Of a stretch of 64,000 nucleotides of DNA, positions 49,679 through 60,133 are shown piece by piece. The notes below the pieces were generated by a model, which saw only the letters and a list, made by a program, of their open reading frames with translations, had not been told where the DNA came from and did not search any database. Numbering within the stretch: the stretch's first letter is position 1; each line of letters opens with the position of its first letter. The stretch covers positions 53,791 to 117,790 of the IMG/VR virus record IMGVR_UViG_3300028797_000124. The stretch is one strand, 5' to 3'. The DNA comes from a virus. Taxonomy: Duplodnaviria > Caudoviricetes. The position numbers and the translations under genes are program-made.

Positions 49679-50818
49679 TTATTCGTCATTGAGATCTTTA
49701 AGCATTGACATAAATTCTGAGATCTTGTTGCGATCAATATTTGATTGATCGTATGTGTCTACCTTACGCTTTCTTGGCTCAACCTTGACATTATCATCTT
49801 TCGCTTTAGGTCCCTTGTAATGTTCTTTTCTGGTAAATTCTTTACCGTACTTAGAATGAGCTTTATGTTCACGGACAAGCCATTTATCGGTGTGACGAGT
49901 TATTTCACGTCCACTGAAATTGTGCTCACACATGTATATGCGTTTTATATTCCTGAGAGGTTGGTTGTTATACATGTATATGGGAGATTGATCAGTCTTG
50001 CTTTGTTCCCATGTATTAGTTTCCCATATCTCACGTATCTCTGGATTATTTAATGCAAAAACACATGTGCACCAGCTATCGAGTGAACCCATCATAACAT
50101 TTACAATCTTAAGGGAAATTGTATCATCAATTTCGTCAGTATGATCGATGAACCGGTCTCTGAATGATTTCCTGTGTGCTCGAGATGTACTTACCAGGAA
50201 AAATCCCGAAAATATCGGACGGCAGATTTTGTTTTCTTCATCAAACATCAATCCAATGGTTGTGGCAGTTTCAGGATACACACACTCAGATCCAGAATAT
50301 AATGACACTGACATGATTCCGAAATCGAAAGGTTCAAATTTACCACTTTCAATATTAGCCTTGTTATCAAGATACTTCTTTTTCTTAATAATCATATGGA
50401 TGTGTATAGCTGTGTTGTTTGAAGGATCTTTGATATTAATCAACATATCATCATATGGTAATTTTTCAAAATAATATAAGAAATCAGTGTGGTCTTTGGT
50501 TTCTTTAAAATGTGAATCAAGATCCTTCATGATTGGAATACTCGTATCTATCAGCACTTTTGGTTTGTGCTTTAACACCTCTTCGATCAATCTCTCAGAA
50601 TAATGTTCAGAATATATATCAAAACCTAATGGAGATCTTATTCTAATTGGCGGGGCAGGAACGACCCCATCCCAATTGCCAATCTTTTTCGCAAACTTAT
50701 TAATTTTGCGCTGGATTTCTCTATTGGTGCTATTTCGATCGAAACCGAAATCGTGTTGTGCCATCTCGTTCTGGATATCCTGGTCATTGTTAGTCTGTTT
50801 TGGTATTCTTGCTTTCAT
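49679..50818 (-). CDS. Hypothetical phage protein with C-terminal WxVRxH motif
   Basis: KWLVREHKAHSKYGKEFTRKEHYKG resembles the W.VRGH.R...G...W...H.KG tail of many uncharacterised phage proteins. Confidence 0.55.
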   Translation of the reverse strand: MKARIPKQTNNDQDIQNEMAQHDFGFDRNSTNREIQRKINKFAKKIGNWDGVVPAPPIRIRSPLGFDIYSEHYSERLIEEVLKHKPKVLIDTSIPIMKDLDSHFKETKDHTDFLYYFEKLPYDDMLINIKDPSNNTAIHIHMIIKKKKYLDNKANIESGKFEPFDFGIMSVSLYSGSECVYPETATTIGLMFDEENKICRPIFSGFFLVSTSRAHRKSFRDRFIDHTDEIDDTISLKIVNVMMGSLDSWCTCVFALNNPEIREIWETNTWEQSKTDQSPIYMYNNQPLRNIKRIYMCEHNFSGREITRHTDKWLVREHKAHSKYGKEFTRKEHYKGPKAKDDNVKVEPRKRKVDTYDQSNIDRNKISEFMSMLKDLNDE

Positions 50819-50821
50819 TTA

Positions 50822-51691
50822 TTACACCCCAAACTTTGCTGATATTTCTTTATACGCACGACCAGTTCTTACCGTACTTACCAATGCAACGTCAACTTCG
50901 ACATTGTATTTTGCATTAATTGCTTTGATTATTGCATTGGAATTGGCACCCCTGTTTGCCGATATGGCTTCCATGATAAAGATCTCTTTCACCCCTCCAC
51001 CAAGCGTTGATACTTTTCCAGTATTGAAGAGATTCCATCTGATGATAGCAACCTCCAAAATATCATTTGCCGACATGTCTGGTGTTATTGTTTTGATGAC
51101 ATCATAAGCATTTTTATTCAAAAGCGCCATGATTTCTTTAGCGCTTTCAGGCGATGCACCAAATTTGTCGGGAAGATTTTTTCTCAGAGATTGAATGTGA
51201 TCATTACTAATAAGGAAATAATCATCAGTATATCTCTCAAATGTTCCTTTCTTTACGAGTCTCTGGATGGCGCGTTCAGGCATATCTTTCCATTTTTTCA
51301 TGACGGCGTCGATTGTTTTTGTTAATGTCTTTCCGTCACATTTCTTGGAGATAAACTCGGCAATCTCGAGCGCTTCGGCTTTCTGGATCTGTTTATTCAC
51401 TCTTGGTTTCGACCCTTCTCCAGTCCTTACCTTTGTCTCCTTGACATCGTTATCTTCCAAAGGTTCGAGAGTAATCTCTGGTTCATATACCTCGATAGGC
51501 GTAACAGTTTCCTCAATATCGTCAGAAGATAATGATATCCCCGTTCTCCAATTCTGAATGCTGTTTAAATACTCAGATATATCAACCAACTCGGTTGAAA
51601 TCTTTTTGAGGGAATCATATGTGATACCAAGCCTTTCCATCTCTGAGTTAAAAACCGTTATCGCATTTACCGCGTTTACAACACCATTCAT
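50822..51691 (-). CDS. Putative DNA-binding protein (HNH-associated helical modules)
   Basis: Modules ERAIQRLVKKGTFERYTDDYF and ALVSTVRTGRAYKEISAKF resemble the C-terminal modules of 57439..58488. Confidence 0.45.
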   Translation of the reverse strand: MNGVVNAVNAITVFNSEMERLGITYDSLKKISTELVDISEYLNSIQNWRTGISLSSDDIEETVTPIEVYEPEITLEPLEDNDVKETKVRTGEGSKPRVNKQIQKAEALEIAEFISKKCDGKTLTKTIDAVMKKWKDMPERAIQRLVKKGTFERYTDDYFLISNDHIQSLRKNLPDKFGASPESAKEIMALLNKNAYDVIKTITPDMSANDILEVAIIRWNLFNTGKVSTLGGGVKEIFIMEAISANRGANSNAIIKAINAKYNVEVDVALVSTVRTGRAYKEISAKFGV

Positions 51692-52683
51692 TAGTTAACA
51701 CCTCCTGCTTTCTTTGTACGATAATCAGCATATATTGTTGAAATTGTCTTTGCTGTTGATGATTTCCCATTAATCACATTTCCGATATTAGATGGGTTAA
51801 CATCGCATCCAAATTTTTCTTTTATGAGTTTTGCATAATACGATGCTTTCTTATCAGCCTTTGTATCAAGGATTGAAATTGTCATGATCTCAATTTCCTG
51901 ATTTGAAATCTTCTGGTTCAGCCCGACTTTTCTGCGTAACATTTCTTCGACTAATTCGACATCCTTTGTTTGCTTCAATAAACCATAACAATCCAACCCG
52001 GTTCTTTCACCCATCTGATCTAACGTTGGTACAATGCTTCCATCTTCATAGATGAAGAACTTATCGGTGATTGTCGAAAAAGCTTTCTTGGTTTTGATTT
52101 CTTCAATGAACTCCCTGGACACCGGGGGATACGATCCTTCATACTTTGTCAAGGTAACATCTATATCTCCATCGGCGTCTATCAATCTTCTTGAGATATC
52201 TTCGATTAGAGATACTTTTGGATCTGGGCGATCTCCTTCATACCAGAAAATGTTATTCGGCGAAAGATTACGGCGGTCCCCGTCTTTGTATCCAATATAG
52301 TTTACCTTACTTGGATCATCTGACTTTATGCCAAAAGCCATTGCGACTAAAGTACTACACCTCTTAATGTCAGCACCTTTCTTAATACGCATGTCGCCAT
52401 CATACCAGAACGGAGTAAACAATCCTCCAGTGACGGCGTCGTAAAATTTTCCATCAGACGAAACGTTGATACCGGCTGAGCGAGCTTGATTCATCTCGAT
52501 TTCAGCATCTGAATCTCCGAAAAAAGCATCCAGTTTCTCAAGACCGATTTTAGCAGGTGCGCTTATTGAAGCGATTGCTTCCACTTCGGTTCTTGATGCT
52601 GAGTTTCTGAGATCTCCAGCACAGTTCTTCACGGCTTTGACGGCTTCCGTTATTGTCATTATTGCTTTGGATATGTCTGTCAT
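51691..52683 (-). CDS. Degenerate HNH-like protein
   Basis: LVAMAFG...YIGYKDGDRRNLSPNNIFW (HNH-like without His) plus a helical module ending TITDKFF. Confidence 0.5.
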   Translation of the reverse strand: MTDISKAIMTITEAVKAVKNCAGDLRNSASRTEVEAIASISAPAKIGLEKLDAFFGDSDAEIEMNQARSAGINVSSDGKFYDAVTGGLFTPFWYDGDMRIKKGADIKRCSTLVAMAFGIKSDDPSKVNYIGYKDGDRRNLSPNNIFWYEGDRPDPKVSLIEDISRRLIDADGDIDVTLTKYEGSYPPVSREFIEEIKTKKAFSTITDKFFIYEDGSIVPTLDQMGERTGLDCYGLLKQTKDVELVEEMLRRKVGLNQKISNQEIEIMTISILDTKADKKASYYAKLIKEKFGCDVNPSNIGNVINGKSSTAKTISTIYADYRTKKAGGVN

Positions 52684-52770
52684 GAATATTCAACTCCCTT
52701 TGTTTAATATGTTGACACGTAGAAACTGTTATTGTTTAACCTCCTTTCATTTGTATCAGTTTCCTAATGT

Positions 52771-52785
52771 CATATTAATAATATA
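52771..52785 (-). promoter_or_regulatory. Putative phage early promoter TATATTATTAATATG
   Basis: Exact copy of the 15-mer; heads the 52683-49679 operon that ends in array A. Confidence 0.6.
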
Positions 52786-52810
52786 CATTTGAAATATAAA
52801 AATATATGAT

Positions 52811-52827
52811 GGGGCCCTAAGGGCCCC
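52811..52827. terminator. Hairpin
   Basis: GGGGCCC-taa-GGGCCCC followed by TTTT. Confidence 0.55.
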
Positions 52828-53223
52828 TTTTACGAAAATTTTATATGCTACCCCAAACAAGAGACAATACTTCCATAGAGAATATATTGTCTTACACACT
52901 TACTGACAAGCGTAAGCGTTTTTTGTTTATTGGTATACTAATATACTTTGTGTATCTTTTATTTCTGTATGATAACCGTTCCGGTTTTATTTAAACAAAA
53001 AATTATCGTAGGGTAACCCTGATATGCATTAATATAAAACAAGTATTACAAAATGGGAAAACCCATTCACCGGTTTTCCCAAACCCTTTCTGGGATTGAT
53101 AATGAAATATTGTGGATTGGCATAAATTCCAATCACACAAATTTCTTATCAATTTATGTATATTATTTTTCAGGATAGGAGAGATTACTATCAAACAACA
53201 AATTTTAAGAAGGAGGTATTATC

Positions 53224-55077
53224 ATGGAAAATTCAGAAAAGATGGTCAAGTTGAGAAATCCAGAGTATCCAATGGGTTCTCAGTTATTTGATGTCAGATA
53301 CTATTCGCATCCAACAGAATGTTTCGAAGTAGTTATCTTCAACGCACTTACCAAGAAACTTGAAGTGTATTATGAAGAACCATTCATCGATATCTGGTTT
53401 GTGAAGAAGGATTGTAGAGAATTGTACATTTCCAAATATGATGGAATGCCAATTCAGGCATCACAGATTCCAATGGAACATTTATATCCAGTAAAGTGCA
53501 AACCATCCCAGATATGTAAGGTCATTGCAGAGAATGTCAAAGATGACAAATGGTGTAGTGAATACACTGAATATTTTGAGAGAAACTGCAGATCTCTCAA
53601 ATATGCTGCATTGAAGAGACATATGTGTGAGTGTCCATGGGTATTGAAAGCAGATTTCACGGAGGATGTTTACTACCGGTTGAAATGGCTGGAAAAGAAT
53701 GGTAGAGAATCTGATATCTCGAATGTAACTTACGCTCTGTTGGATATTGAGTGTGATGTCATTGATAAGACAATTAACATGCGTGATATCTATGATGTTT
53801 CTCAACCAGTCAATGCAGCAACTCTCATCTTACCATCAGAGAAGATATGTTCTGTATTCATTCTCGGTCCAAGACCAAAGTACAAGATCCATTCCAGATT
53901 CCATGAATTATTGGAAAAACAGGAAAAGGATTTTGAATGGTTAAAGACTCATCAAGAAGAATTCAAAAGAATGATTGTAGAGGATGATAAGGATAATCTC
54001 ACATATCTCAATGGATATGATATCAGATTACACATATTCGATTTCGAAGATGAAATCAATCTGATCAAAACAATCTTCGATTACATCAACAAATATAGAC
54101 CTTGGTTCTGTATGAGTTGGAATGCTAAATTTGACCACAACTATCTCATGAACAGAATAACTCGTCTTGGATATTCACCGTATGATATCATCATCCCAAA
54201 GGAATTCAAGACTCAGAAGTTATATTATCACGAAGACACAAACGCAGAAGCGGATTTCTCCAATTCCAAGGATTGGTGGTTTACTTCGACTTATACTCAG
54301 TACGTTTGTCAACAACGTCAGTATGCTGCGATTAGAAAGTCTCAACAGAAACCTCGTTCGTTGTCTTTGAACTATACTGGTAGTCAGGTTGCAGGTATTG
54401 TCAAGTTGAGTGATAAGAGAGAAGGAACATTCCGTGAATGGGCGTATCTCGATTTCATCATATTCATCTTGTACAATGTGCGAGATGTTGTCGTTCAACT
54501 TGCAATTGAAACGAAGGTCGGTGATTGCCGTTCGGTATACTCACGATCGTACATGTTTGCTACACAGTATTCGAAACTCTTCCAGGAAACACATATCGTT
54601 CGTAATGAACGTGAAGTATTCTATGAGAAGGACGGATACGTTCAGGCAAACAGATTGTTGATTCCACCGGATATTGACTCTCACTACAAAGGCGCATTCG
54701 TTGCACCAACAGAAAAGAACGCTCCAACAGGATACGTTCTCAATGGTAAGAAGATTAACAATGTTATCTTCGGAGCATCTGATGCTGATGCTGCTTCGTA
54801 TTATCCATCATCCAAGATGGGCACTAACCAGGATCCGATGACATTGGAATATAAGATGAAGATCAACAATGAGGTATTTATGAATGGTATGTGTAGCAAC
54901 AGATCATTGAGCCAGTCGTATGTGTGGATAGATTCAGATGGTGATCCCCATGCAGAAGATATTGGTGGATATCTCGTAAACTCATGGAAGAACAAGAACT
55001 ATATGAGTGTAGGCTTCAACTTCTTCGGCTTACCATCTATTACAGACTGCTTCAAGTATATTGATGCAAATTTATAA
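53224..55077 (+). CDS. Family B DNA polymerase, N-terminal (exonuclease + motif A) subunit of a split enzyme
   Basis: ExoI LLDIECD, ExoII SWNAKFD, ExoIII YNVRDV, YKGAFV and motif A DADAASYYPS; no KxxxNSxYG or YGDTDS. Confidence 0.8.
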   Translation: MENSEKMVKLRNPEYPMGSQLFDVRYYSHPTECFEVVIFNALTKKLEVYYEEPFIDIWFVKKDCRELYISKYDGMPIQASQIPMEHLYPVKCKPSQICKVIAENVKDDKWCSEYTEYFERNCRSLKYAALKRHMCECPWVLKADFTEDVYYRLKWLEKNGRESDISNVTYALLDIECDVIDKTINMRDIYDVSQPVNAATLILPSEKICSVFILGPRPKYKIHSRFHELLEKQEKDFEWLKTHQEEFKRMIVEDDKDNLTYLNGYDIRLHIFDFEDEINLIKTIFDYINKYRPWFCMSWNAKFDHNYLMNRITRLGYSPYDIIIPKEFKTQKLYYHEDTNAEADFSNSKDWWFTSTYTQYVCQQRQYAAIRKSQQKPRSLSLNYTGSQVAGIVKLSDKREGTFREWAYLDFIIFILYNVRDVVVQLAIETKVGDCRSVYSRSYMFATQYSKLFQETHIVRNEREVFYEKDGYVQANRLLIPPDIDSHYKGAFVAPTEKNAPTGYVLNGKKINNVIFGASDADAASYYPSSKMGTNQDPMTLEYKMKINNEVFMNGMCSNRSLSQSYVWIDSDGDPHAEDIGGYLVNSWKNKNYMSVGFNFFGLPSITDCFKYIDANL

Positions 55078-55095
55078 TCGATTAGGAGTGATATA

Positions 55096-57372
55096 ATGAA
55101 CTATTTTGATGATGATATTGAATCCGTTGAAGCATCGGATGTATCAGAGATTTACATGTGTGAATACGGAATCAACATCAACCTTCAGAGATCGATCCCG
55201 ATGATCAATGATGGTGTCAAGCTCGTTGTAAGAAGAATACTGTACATGATGTATTTGAAATATCGTAATGTCGGTGTTAAGGGTACATCACTCATAGGTG
55301 ACGCTTTGAAGATACATCCTCACGGAGATTTGGGAATGGGTGGAATCATCTCGAGAATGTGTCAGGAATTCTCAAACAATATCCCGCTGCTGAATGCTCC
55401 ATCCAATACAGGTAATGCAACAACTGGTGATGATTATGCTTCTCCAAGATACATCATCAATATTACATTATCTGACTTTGCCAAGGATGTACTCTTTGAT
55501 GAGTTTGATGGTAAAGTAAATATGAGAGAGTCTTCGGATATCGCAATCAAAGAACCGATAGCTCTCCCATCTAAGTTTCCGATTATTCTGTTGAATGGTA
55601 CTTCTGGTATCGGTTGGACTTTGTCAACAGATGTTCCTCCATATAATCTCAATGAAATTGCAGATGCAACCATAAAGCTGCTGAAGAATCCTCAGGCCAA
55701 AGTAAATCTTGTACCTGACCTTCCGACTGGATGTGATATCATCGTTAAGGATCCTAACACATTCATCATGCAGTCTTCATTCGAGATTGATCCCGTCAAC
55801 TATGTAATCACAATCAAGAATACTCCATATCTGAAATATCTCGATGATATAGACAAAGCTCTCAGAGCAATTCAGGATTCTGAGAATAAGATAAAGGAAA
55901 TTGATGATGCTTGTGATGAATCTGATCTTGAAGCGGGTAAGGTTGAGTATGTCATCAGATGCAGACCTTGTAATCTGTATCAGCTGGTGAATACGCTCTT
56001 CCGCAGAGTGCCCGGTTTCAGAACAACAATCTCAACAAGAAACATGCTCGTGGTTACACCGAATTTCCGCACAGATCATTATGACGTTCGTCAGATACTC
56101 TGTTCATGGATTGGACATCGTCTCAGAGAGAAACGCAATTGGTTCTTGAGACAGCTCGTTGCGTTAGGTACAGAGTATAATATGAACGAAGTAAAGGCAT
56201 TCCTGTTGTCACCTAAGAATCTGGATAAGACTGTGAAGGTGTATCGTTCATGTGATGAAAAGAAGGATATTGGTCCGGCTCTCATGAAAGCATATCCTGG
56301 AAAGGTATCTTCATCTCAGGGTGAATATATGTCTGGAATTGAGATGTATCGTGTAACCAAGAAGGAATATGAGCGAACTATTGAAAGAATGGAACAGCTC
56401 GAAAAAGAGATCAAGAGAATAAAGGGAATCGTAAAAGAACCTGAAAAGATCAAGGAAGCTATCATTGATGAGATCAAGGAAATCAAACAGAAGTATGGAT
56501 ATCCGAGAAGATCAAAGATACTCAATCTTGAATCTGATACTGATGTGAATATTGGTGTTGTTCAGATACTTCCCGAAGGAACAATTCTCTTCTCCGAAAC
56601 AGAGAATCCTGAACATCTTTCGTCAGATATAACTCCACTTGCTGGAGACAATGTTTGTCTGGTAGATGACAAGGGATATTTCCTCTGGGTAGATACAAAC
56701 AAAGTATTGCATGATAAGCCGATGACACTCACATCAATCGGTAAACAGCAGATGGGCAAATGTGTTGCAGCGTTATCCAATCCTGATAATTCGGTAGTAT
56801 TGTTGTCGAATCGTGGTAGAATCAAGTTCATGCCAATCACATCAATACCAACCAATGCAACAAAGAAGCCACTCATTCCACTTGATGATGATGAATACAT
56901 CGTATCTGTTATTGAAGTACGTGATGCTTCTCAGGATATACTCGTATACACTTCGGATGGTATGGGTAAACGTGTTCAGATATCCGACCTCAACCTTGTT
57001 AAGTCGGTAGATGCACAGGGTCAGTTCATTGTAAGAAATGATGCTGAGGTTGCTGGTATGTTCACAATCAATCCCAATAAGCAGTGGCTTGTATATGTAA
57101 CACGTCTTGGTAGAATCAGAGTTAACCATGCGAAGTTCTTGAATGCAGCAAAGAAGTTTGGTGATCTCAAACCGATAATCAAACTCTCACAGCAGGATGA
57201 TTTGATTGCGGTATTCTGTACCAACAAGGAGCAGAAGATCACACTCAATCATGCAGACTCAAGAACAACATCTGTTAACATTGATTCGATTGAACCGACA
57301 ACAATGGCTACACCCCCGGTTCGTCCAAAACACGTCCCGGGTGTACGTGTATTACGTGCTACAGTTCAATGA
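55096..57372 (+). CDS. gyrA: Type IIA topoisomerase subunit A (GyrA/ParC-like) with C-terminal beta-pinwheel
   Basis: RSIPMINDGVKLVVRRILY, HPHGD, ASPRY (catalytic Tyr), FPIILLNGTSGIG, PPYNLNE, PDLPTG; repeated C-terminal blades. Confidence 0.9.
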   Translation: MNYFDDDIESVEASDVSEIYMCEYGININLQRSIPMINDGVKLVVRRILYMMYLKYRNVGVKGTSLIGDALKIHPHGDLGMGGIISRMCQEFSNNIPLLNAPSNTGNATTGDDYASPRYIINITLSDFAKDVLFDEFDGKVNMRESSDIAIKEPIALPSKFPIILLNGTSGIGWTLSTDVPPYNLNEIADATIKLLKNPQAKVNLVPDLPTGCDIIVKDPNTFIMQSSFEIDPVNYVITIKNTPYLKYLDDIDKALRAIQDSENKIKEIDDACDESDLEAGKVEYVIRCRPCNLYQLVNTLFRRVPGFRTTISTRNMLVVTPNFRTDHYDVRQILCSWIGHRLREKRNWFLRQLVALGTEYNMNEVKAFLLSPKNLDKTVKVYRSCDEKKDIGPALMKAYPGKVSSSQGEYMSGIEMYRVTKKEYERTIERMEQLEKEIKRIKGIVKEPEKIKEAIIDEIKEIKQKYGYPRRSKILNLESDTDVNIGVVQILPEGTILFSETENPEHLSSDITPLAGDNVCLVDDKGYFLWVDTNKVLHDKPMTLTSIGKQQMGKCVAALSNPDNSVVLLSNRGRIKFMPITSIPTNATKKPLIPLDDDEYIVSVIEVRDASQDILVYTSDGMGKRVQISDLNLVKSVDAQGQFIVRNDAEVAGMFTINPNKQWLVYVTRLGRIRVNHAKFLNAAKKFGDLKPIIKLSQQDDLIAVFCTNKEQKITLNHADSRTTSVNIDSIEPTTMATPPVRPKHVPGVRVLRATVQ

Positions 57373-57377
57373 AGAAA

Positions 57378-57406
57378 TACATAGGGCGGGAATCCCGCCC
57401 TATGTA
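57378..57406 (+). terminator. Terminator hairpin
   Basis: TACATAGGGCGGGA-a-TCCCGCCCTATGTA long inverted repeat after gyrA. Confidence 0.7.
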
Positions 57407-57438
57407 TATTTATAATTATTTGAAAGGAGTTGATACAA

Positions 57439-58488
57439 ATGAATCAACAAATTATATGGAGAGAAGAAACCCATCCAGATATTCTCCCAGGTTATTTAGT
57501 ATCACCCCAAGGATATATTAAATTCAAAGGCATGAATGATAAAGATGCAATAATCGAACCATCGTATCATTCAACCAATGGATATGATTTCGTTCTTCTC
57601 AATGATAAAGATGGTAATTTACAATTATTTCCATTAGATGATATTATTGCATATGCGTATATCTCAATACCATCATCATTGAAAAATAAACTCATTAAAG
57701 TATCCCATATCAATGGTGATACACGTGATATATCATTGGATAATTTGAAATGGGTTGAAGATATCGAAGAATGGAAAGTATGTACATATCCCGGAGTTAA
57801 ACCCGATATGTATGAAGTATCATCATGGGGTAGAGTGAGAAACTGTAAAAGTCTGATAATTTTAAAAGGTGAGATAGATAGACATGGATATATTAAATAT
57901 GGATTAATGACCGAAACCAGATCTCACATACGAGTTTTATGTCATCGACTTGTTTTATGTCAATTTGGAATATTTAAACTAAAATATACCGTAAATCATA
58001 TCAATGGTATAAAGACTCATAATATACCAAAAAATCTTGAATCATTGACATCTAAAGAAAATACGCAGCATGCTATTAAATTTGGATTGAAACTTTTTGG
58101 TGAGAAGCACTGGAACGCTAAGGTTACAATAAATGATGTCAAACAAATATCAAAAATGATAGTGCATTTTAAAGGCAACGTTGATATCATATATAATGAA
58201 GCTGTAAAAAATGGAATACCTTGTACAAAGAATATTATAAATCAAATATTGTGGAAACAGAATTGGAAAAATGTGTCTGATAAATATTTCAACAAAGGAC
58301 AATTCAGACAACAAATAACAAATGAGGAAGCGCGTATGATTTGTAAACTTCTGATTGATACAAATTTTGATGTTGATAAAACAACAGATGAGTTTAATCA
58401 GAATTCAGATATTGTGATATCTCGGCGAATTGTATACAACATCAAAACAAAAGCCAGATGGAAACACATATCTGACGAATTCTTTTAA
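57439..58488 (+). CDS. NUMOD4/HNH homing endonuclease (tandem HNH domains)
   Basis: EEWKVCTYPG..MYEVSSWGRVRN, HRLV, VNHINGIKTHNIPKNLE; second degenerate VSHINGDTRDISLDNLKW; AT-rich. Confidence 0.75.
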   Translation: MNQQIIWREETHPDILPGYLVSPQGYIKFKGMNDKDAIIEPSYHSTNGYDFVLLNDKDGNLQLFPLDDIIAYAYISIPSSLKNKLIKVSHINGDTRDISLDNLKWVEDIEEWKVCTYPGVKPDMYEVSSWGRVRNCKSLIILKGEIDRHGYIKYGLMTETRSHIRVLCHRLVLCQFGIFKLKYTVNHINGIKTHNIPKNLESLTSKENTQHAIKFGLKLFGEKHWNAKVTINDVKQISKMIVHFKGNVDIIYNEAVKNGIPCTKNIINQILWKQNWKNVSDKYFNKGQFRQQITNEEARMICKLLIDTNFDVDKTTDEFNQNSDIVISRRIVYNIKTKARWKHISDEFF

Positions 58489-58519
58489 GGTTTTAAGAGC
58501 AACAATATCATGATAATAT

Positions 58520-58539
58520 GCCGGGGATAAAACCCCGGC
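58520..58539 (+). terminator. Terminator hairpin
   Basis: GCCGGGG-ataaaa-CCCCGGC then TTT. Confidence 0.7.
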
Positions 58540-58569
58540 TTTATCTTATTTTGAAAGGATTGTGATTAA

Positions 58570-59331
58570 ATGGATTTCAAAGAAGATGTAAATTGTAATA
58601 ATGGTTTATTGGAAAACTTCGTTGATTACATACGTAATGAAATTCTGAATGGTTTAAAGGACCACCCCGATCTTGATAAATTTATCGCCGACAACCACAT
58701 ACCTTTATATCTGAAAACATTCTCTGTCGCGGGTTTAATTGATGATGAGCTGAGTTTTCACAAAGGTCATATCACAAAAGACTTTACTAAAAGATTATTA
58801 CGCGATTGGCGTGATAAGGAAGAAAATTCAAACGCTTCTGTACTTACAGAATGGGAATATAAAGATGGAAAAGTATACATCATGCGTTTCACTGTAAGAA
58901 TTACAATAGCTGCATTGGCTAAAGATATATGTGATAATATTTTCGATCTGAATCTGTTTAAAAAGAAACTTCGTTGGATGTTGAAACATGAGGTTGGTCA
59001 TATGGTTGACTACATGAGAAACCGTCATAATATCCCAGTCGAAGAATTGAATAGATTACTCACACAGGATCGTGAAGATTATGCCAAGTATTATGACGAA
59101 CTCGCTCAGATAAAAGAATGGACATATGAGATGATGAGAAATGACAATCGTAAATATTACAGTATGCATCAAGAAGCTGCCGCAAACATTGCTGCTGAAA
59201 TTGATGTCGAAGATCTGATAGAGATCGACGAAGAGATTCGAAGCAAATATCATAACAAGCAAGTGACAATACAAATATCTCAGAGCGGCATTCATGATAT
59301 TCCACCTAAGGAGGAAACAAACAATGGCTGA
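58570..59331 (+). CDS. Zincin-like metallopeptidase (paralog 1)
   Basis: WMLKHEVGH...EAAAN. Confidence 0.6.
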   Translation: MDFKEDVNCNNGLLENFVDYIRNEILNGLKDHPDLDKFIADNHIPLYLKTFSVAGLIDDELSFHKGHITKDFTKRLLRDWRDKEENSNASVLTEWEYKDGKVYIMRFTVRITIAALAKDICDNIFDLNLFKKKLRWMLKHEVGHMVDYMRNRHNIPVEELNRLLTQDREDYAKYYDELAQIKEWTYEMMRNDNRKYYSMHQEAAANIAAEIDVEDLIEIDEEIRSKYHNKQVTIQISQSGIHDIPPKEETNNG

Positions 59332-60133
59332 TAAATCAAGAATTGATGTTCCATATATTGGTGGAATATTAACAACTTTTATCAAACGAATATCCAATGA
59401 GTTCCAAAAGCTTCTCAATGATAATGAGATACTCAATAAATTCGTTGATGATGTAGGTTATGAAAACATCAACGTCCATGTTCGTGTTGCGACTATGTCA
59501 TCTTGGATTATCAAAGAAATACTGAAAATGCCAAAACTGAATAGAAAAGCTATTCTAAATAAGGCTTCCGATTTTCGCACTAAAGAATCGTCTTCAATAT
59601 TTACATTGGAAACCATATACGATTTCAAAGATGGTAAGGTATATGTTAAAGGTTGTGATTTAATAATCAGACGTGCTGCGCTTGCTAATGATATAGCAAC
59701 ACACATTGTTGATTTGAATTATATCTGGAAAATGTATAAATGGATGCTTCGCCATGAAATGGGCCATTTTATTGATCATGTTGTAAATGATCATGGCGAA
59801 TCAATTGAAGAGTACAAAAGAAAACGGGAAGAAGTAGAAGAAAATTATAGAAAGCATTATGAATGGCTTGACGATTATATTAAGCAACCAAATCATTCTG
59901 TCAACACCATCAATAAGGCATATTACAATATACCATCTGAAGCCCGTGCTAATGAATACGGGGGTGTTAATATTGACGAAATGATAAAACTTGATGATGA
60001 ATATGCGAAGAAACATAAAGGAAAGATTACAACAATTGATATTAAGACATTTAAGACACGACCCGAAATAAAGGATGGAAAGAGGAATGATAAAAATGTT
60101 CAAGTGGATAATGAAGAAAACAAAGAAAAATAA
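59324..60133 (+). CDS. Zincin-like metallopeptidase (paralog 2)
   Basis: AAGGAGG RBS before ATG 59324; WMLRHEMGH...EARAN; shares KDGKVY and AALA.DI blocks with paralog 1. Confidence 0.6.
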   Translation: MADKSRIDVPYIGGILTTFIKRISNEFQKLLNDNEILNKFVDDVGYENINVHVRVATMSSWIIKEILKMPKLNRKAILNKASDFRTKESSSIFTLETIYDFKDGKVYVKGCDLIIRRAALANDIATHIVDLNYIWKMYKWMLRHEMGHFIDHVVNDHGESIEEYKRKREEVEENYRKHYEWLDDYIKQPNHSVNTINKAYYNIPSEARANEYGGVNIDEMIKLDDEYAKKHKGKITTIDIKTFKTRPEIKDGKRNDKNVQVDNEENKEK

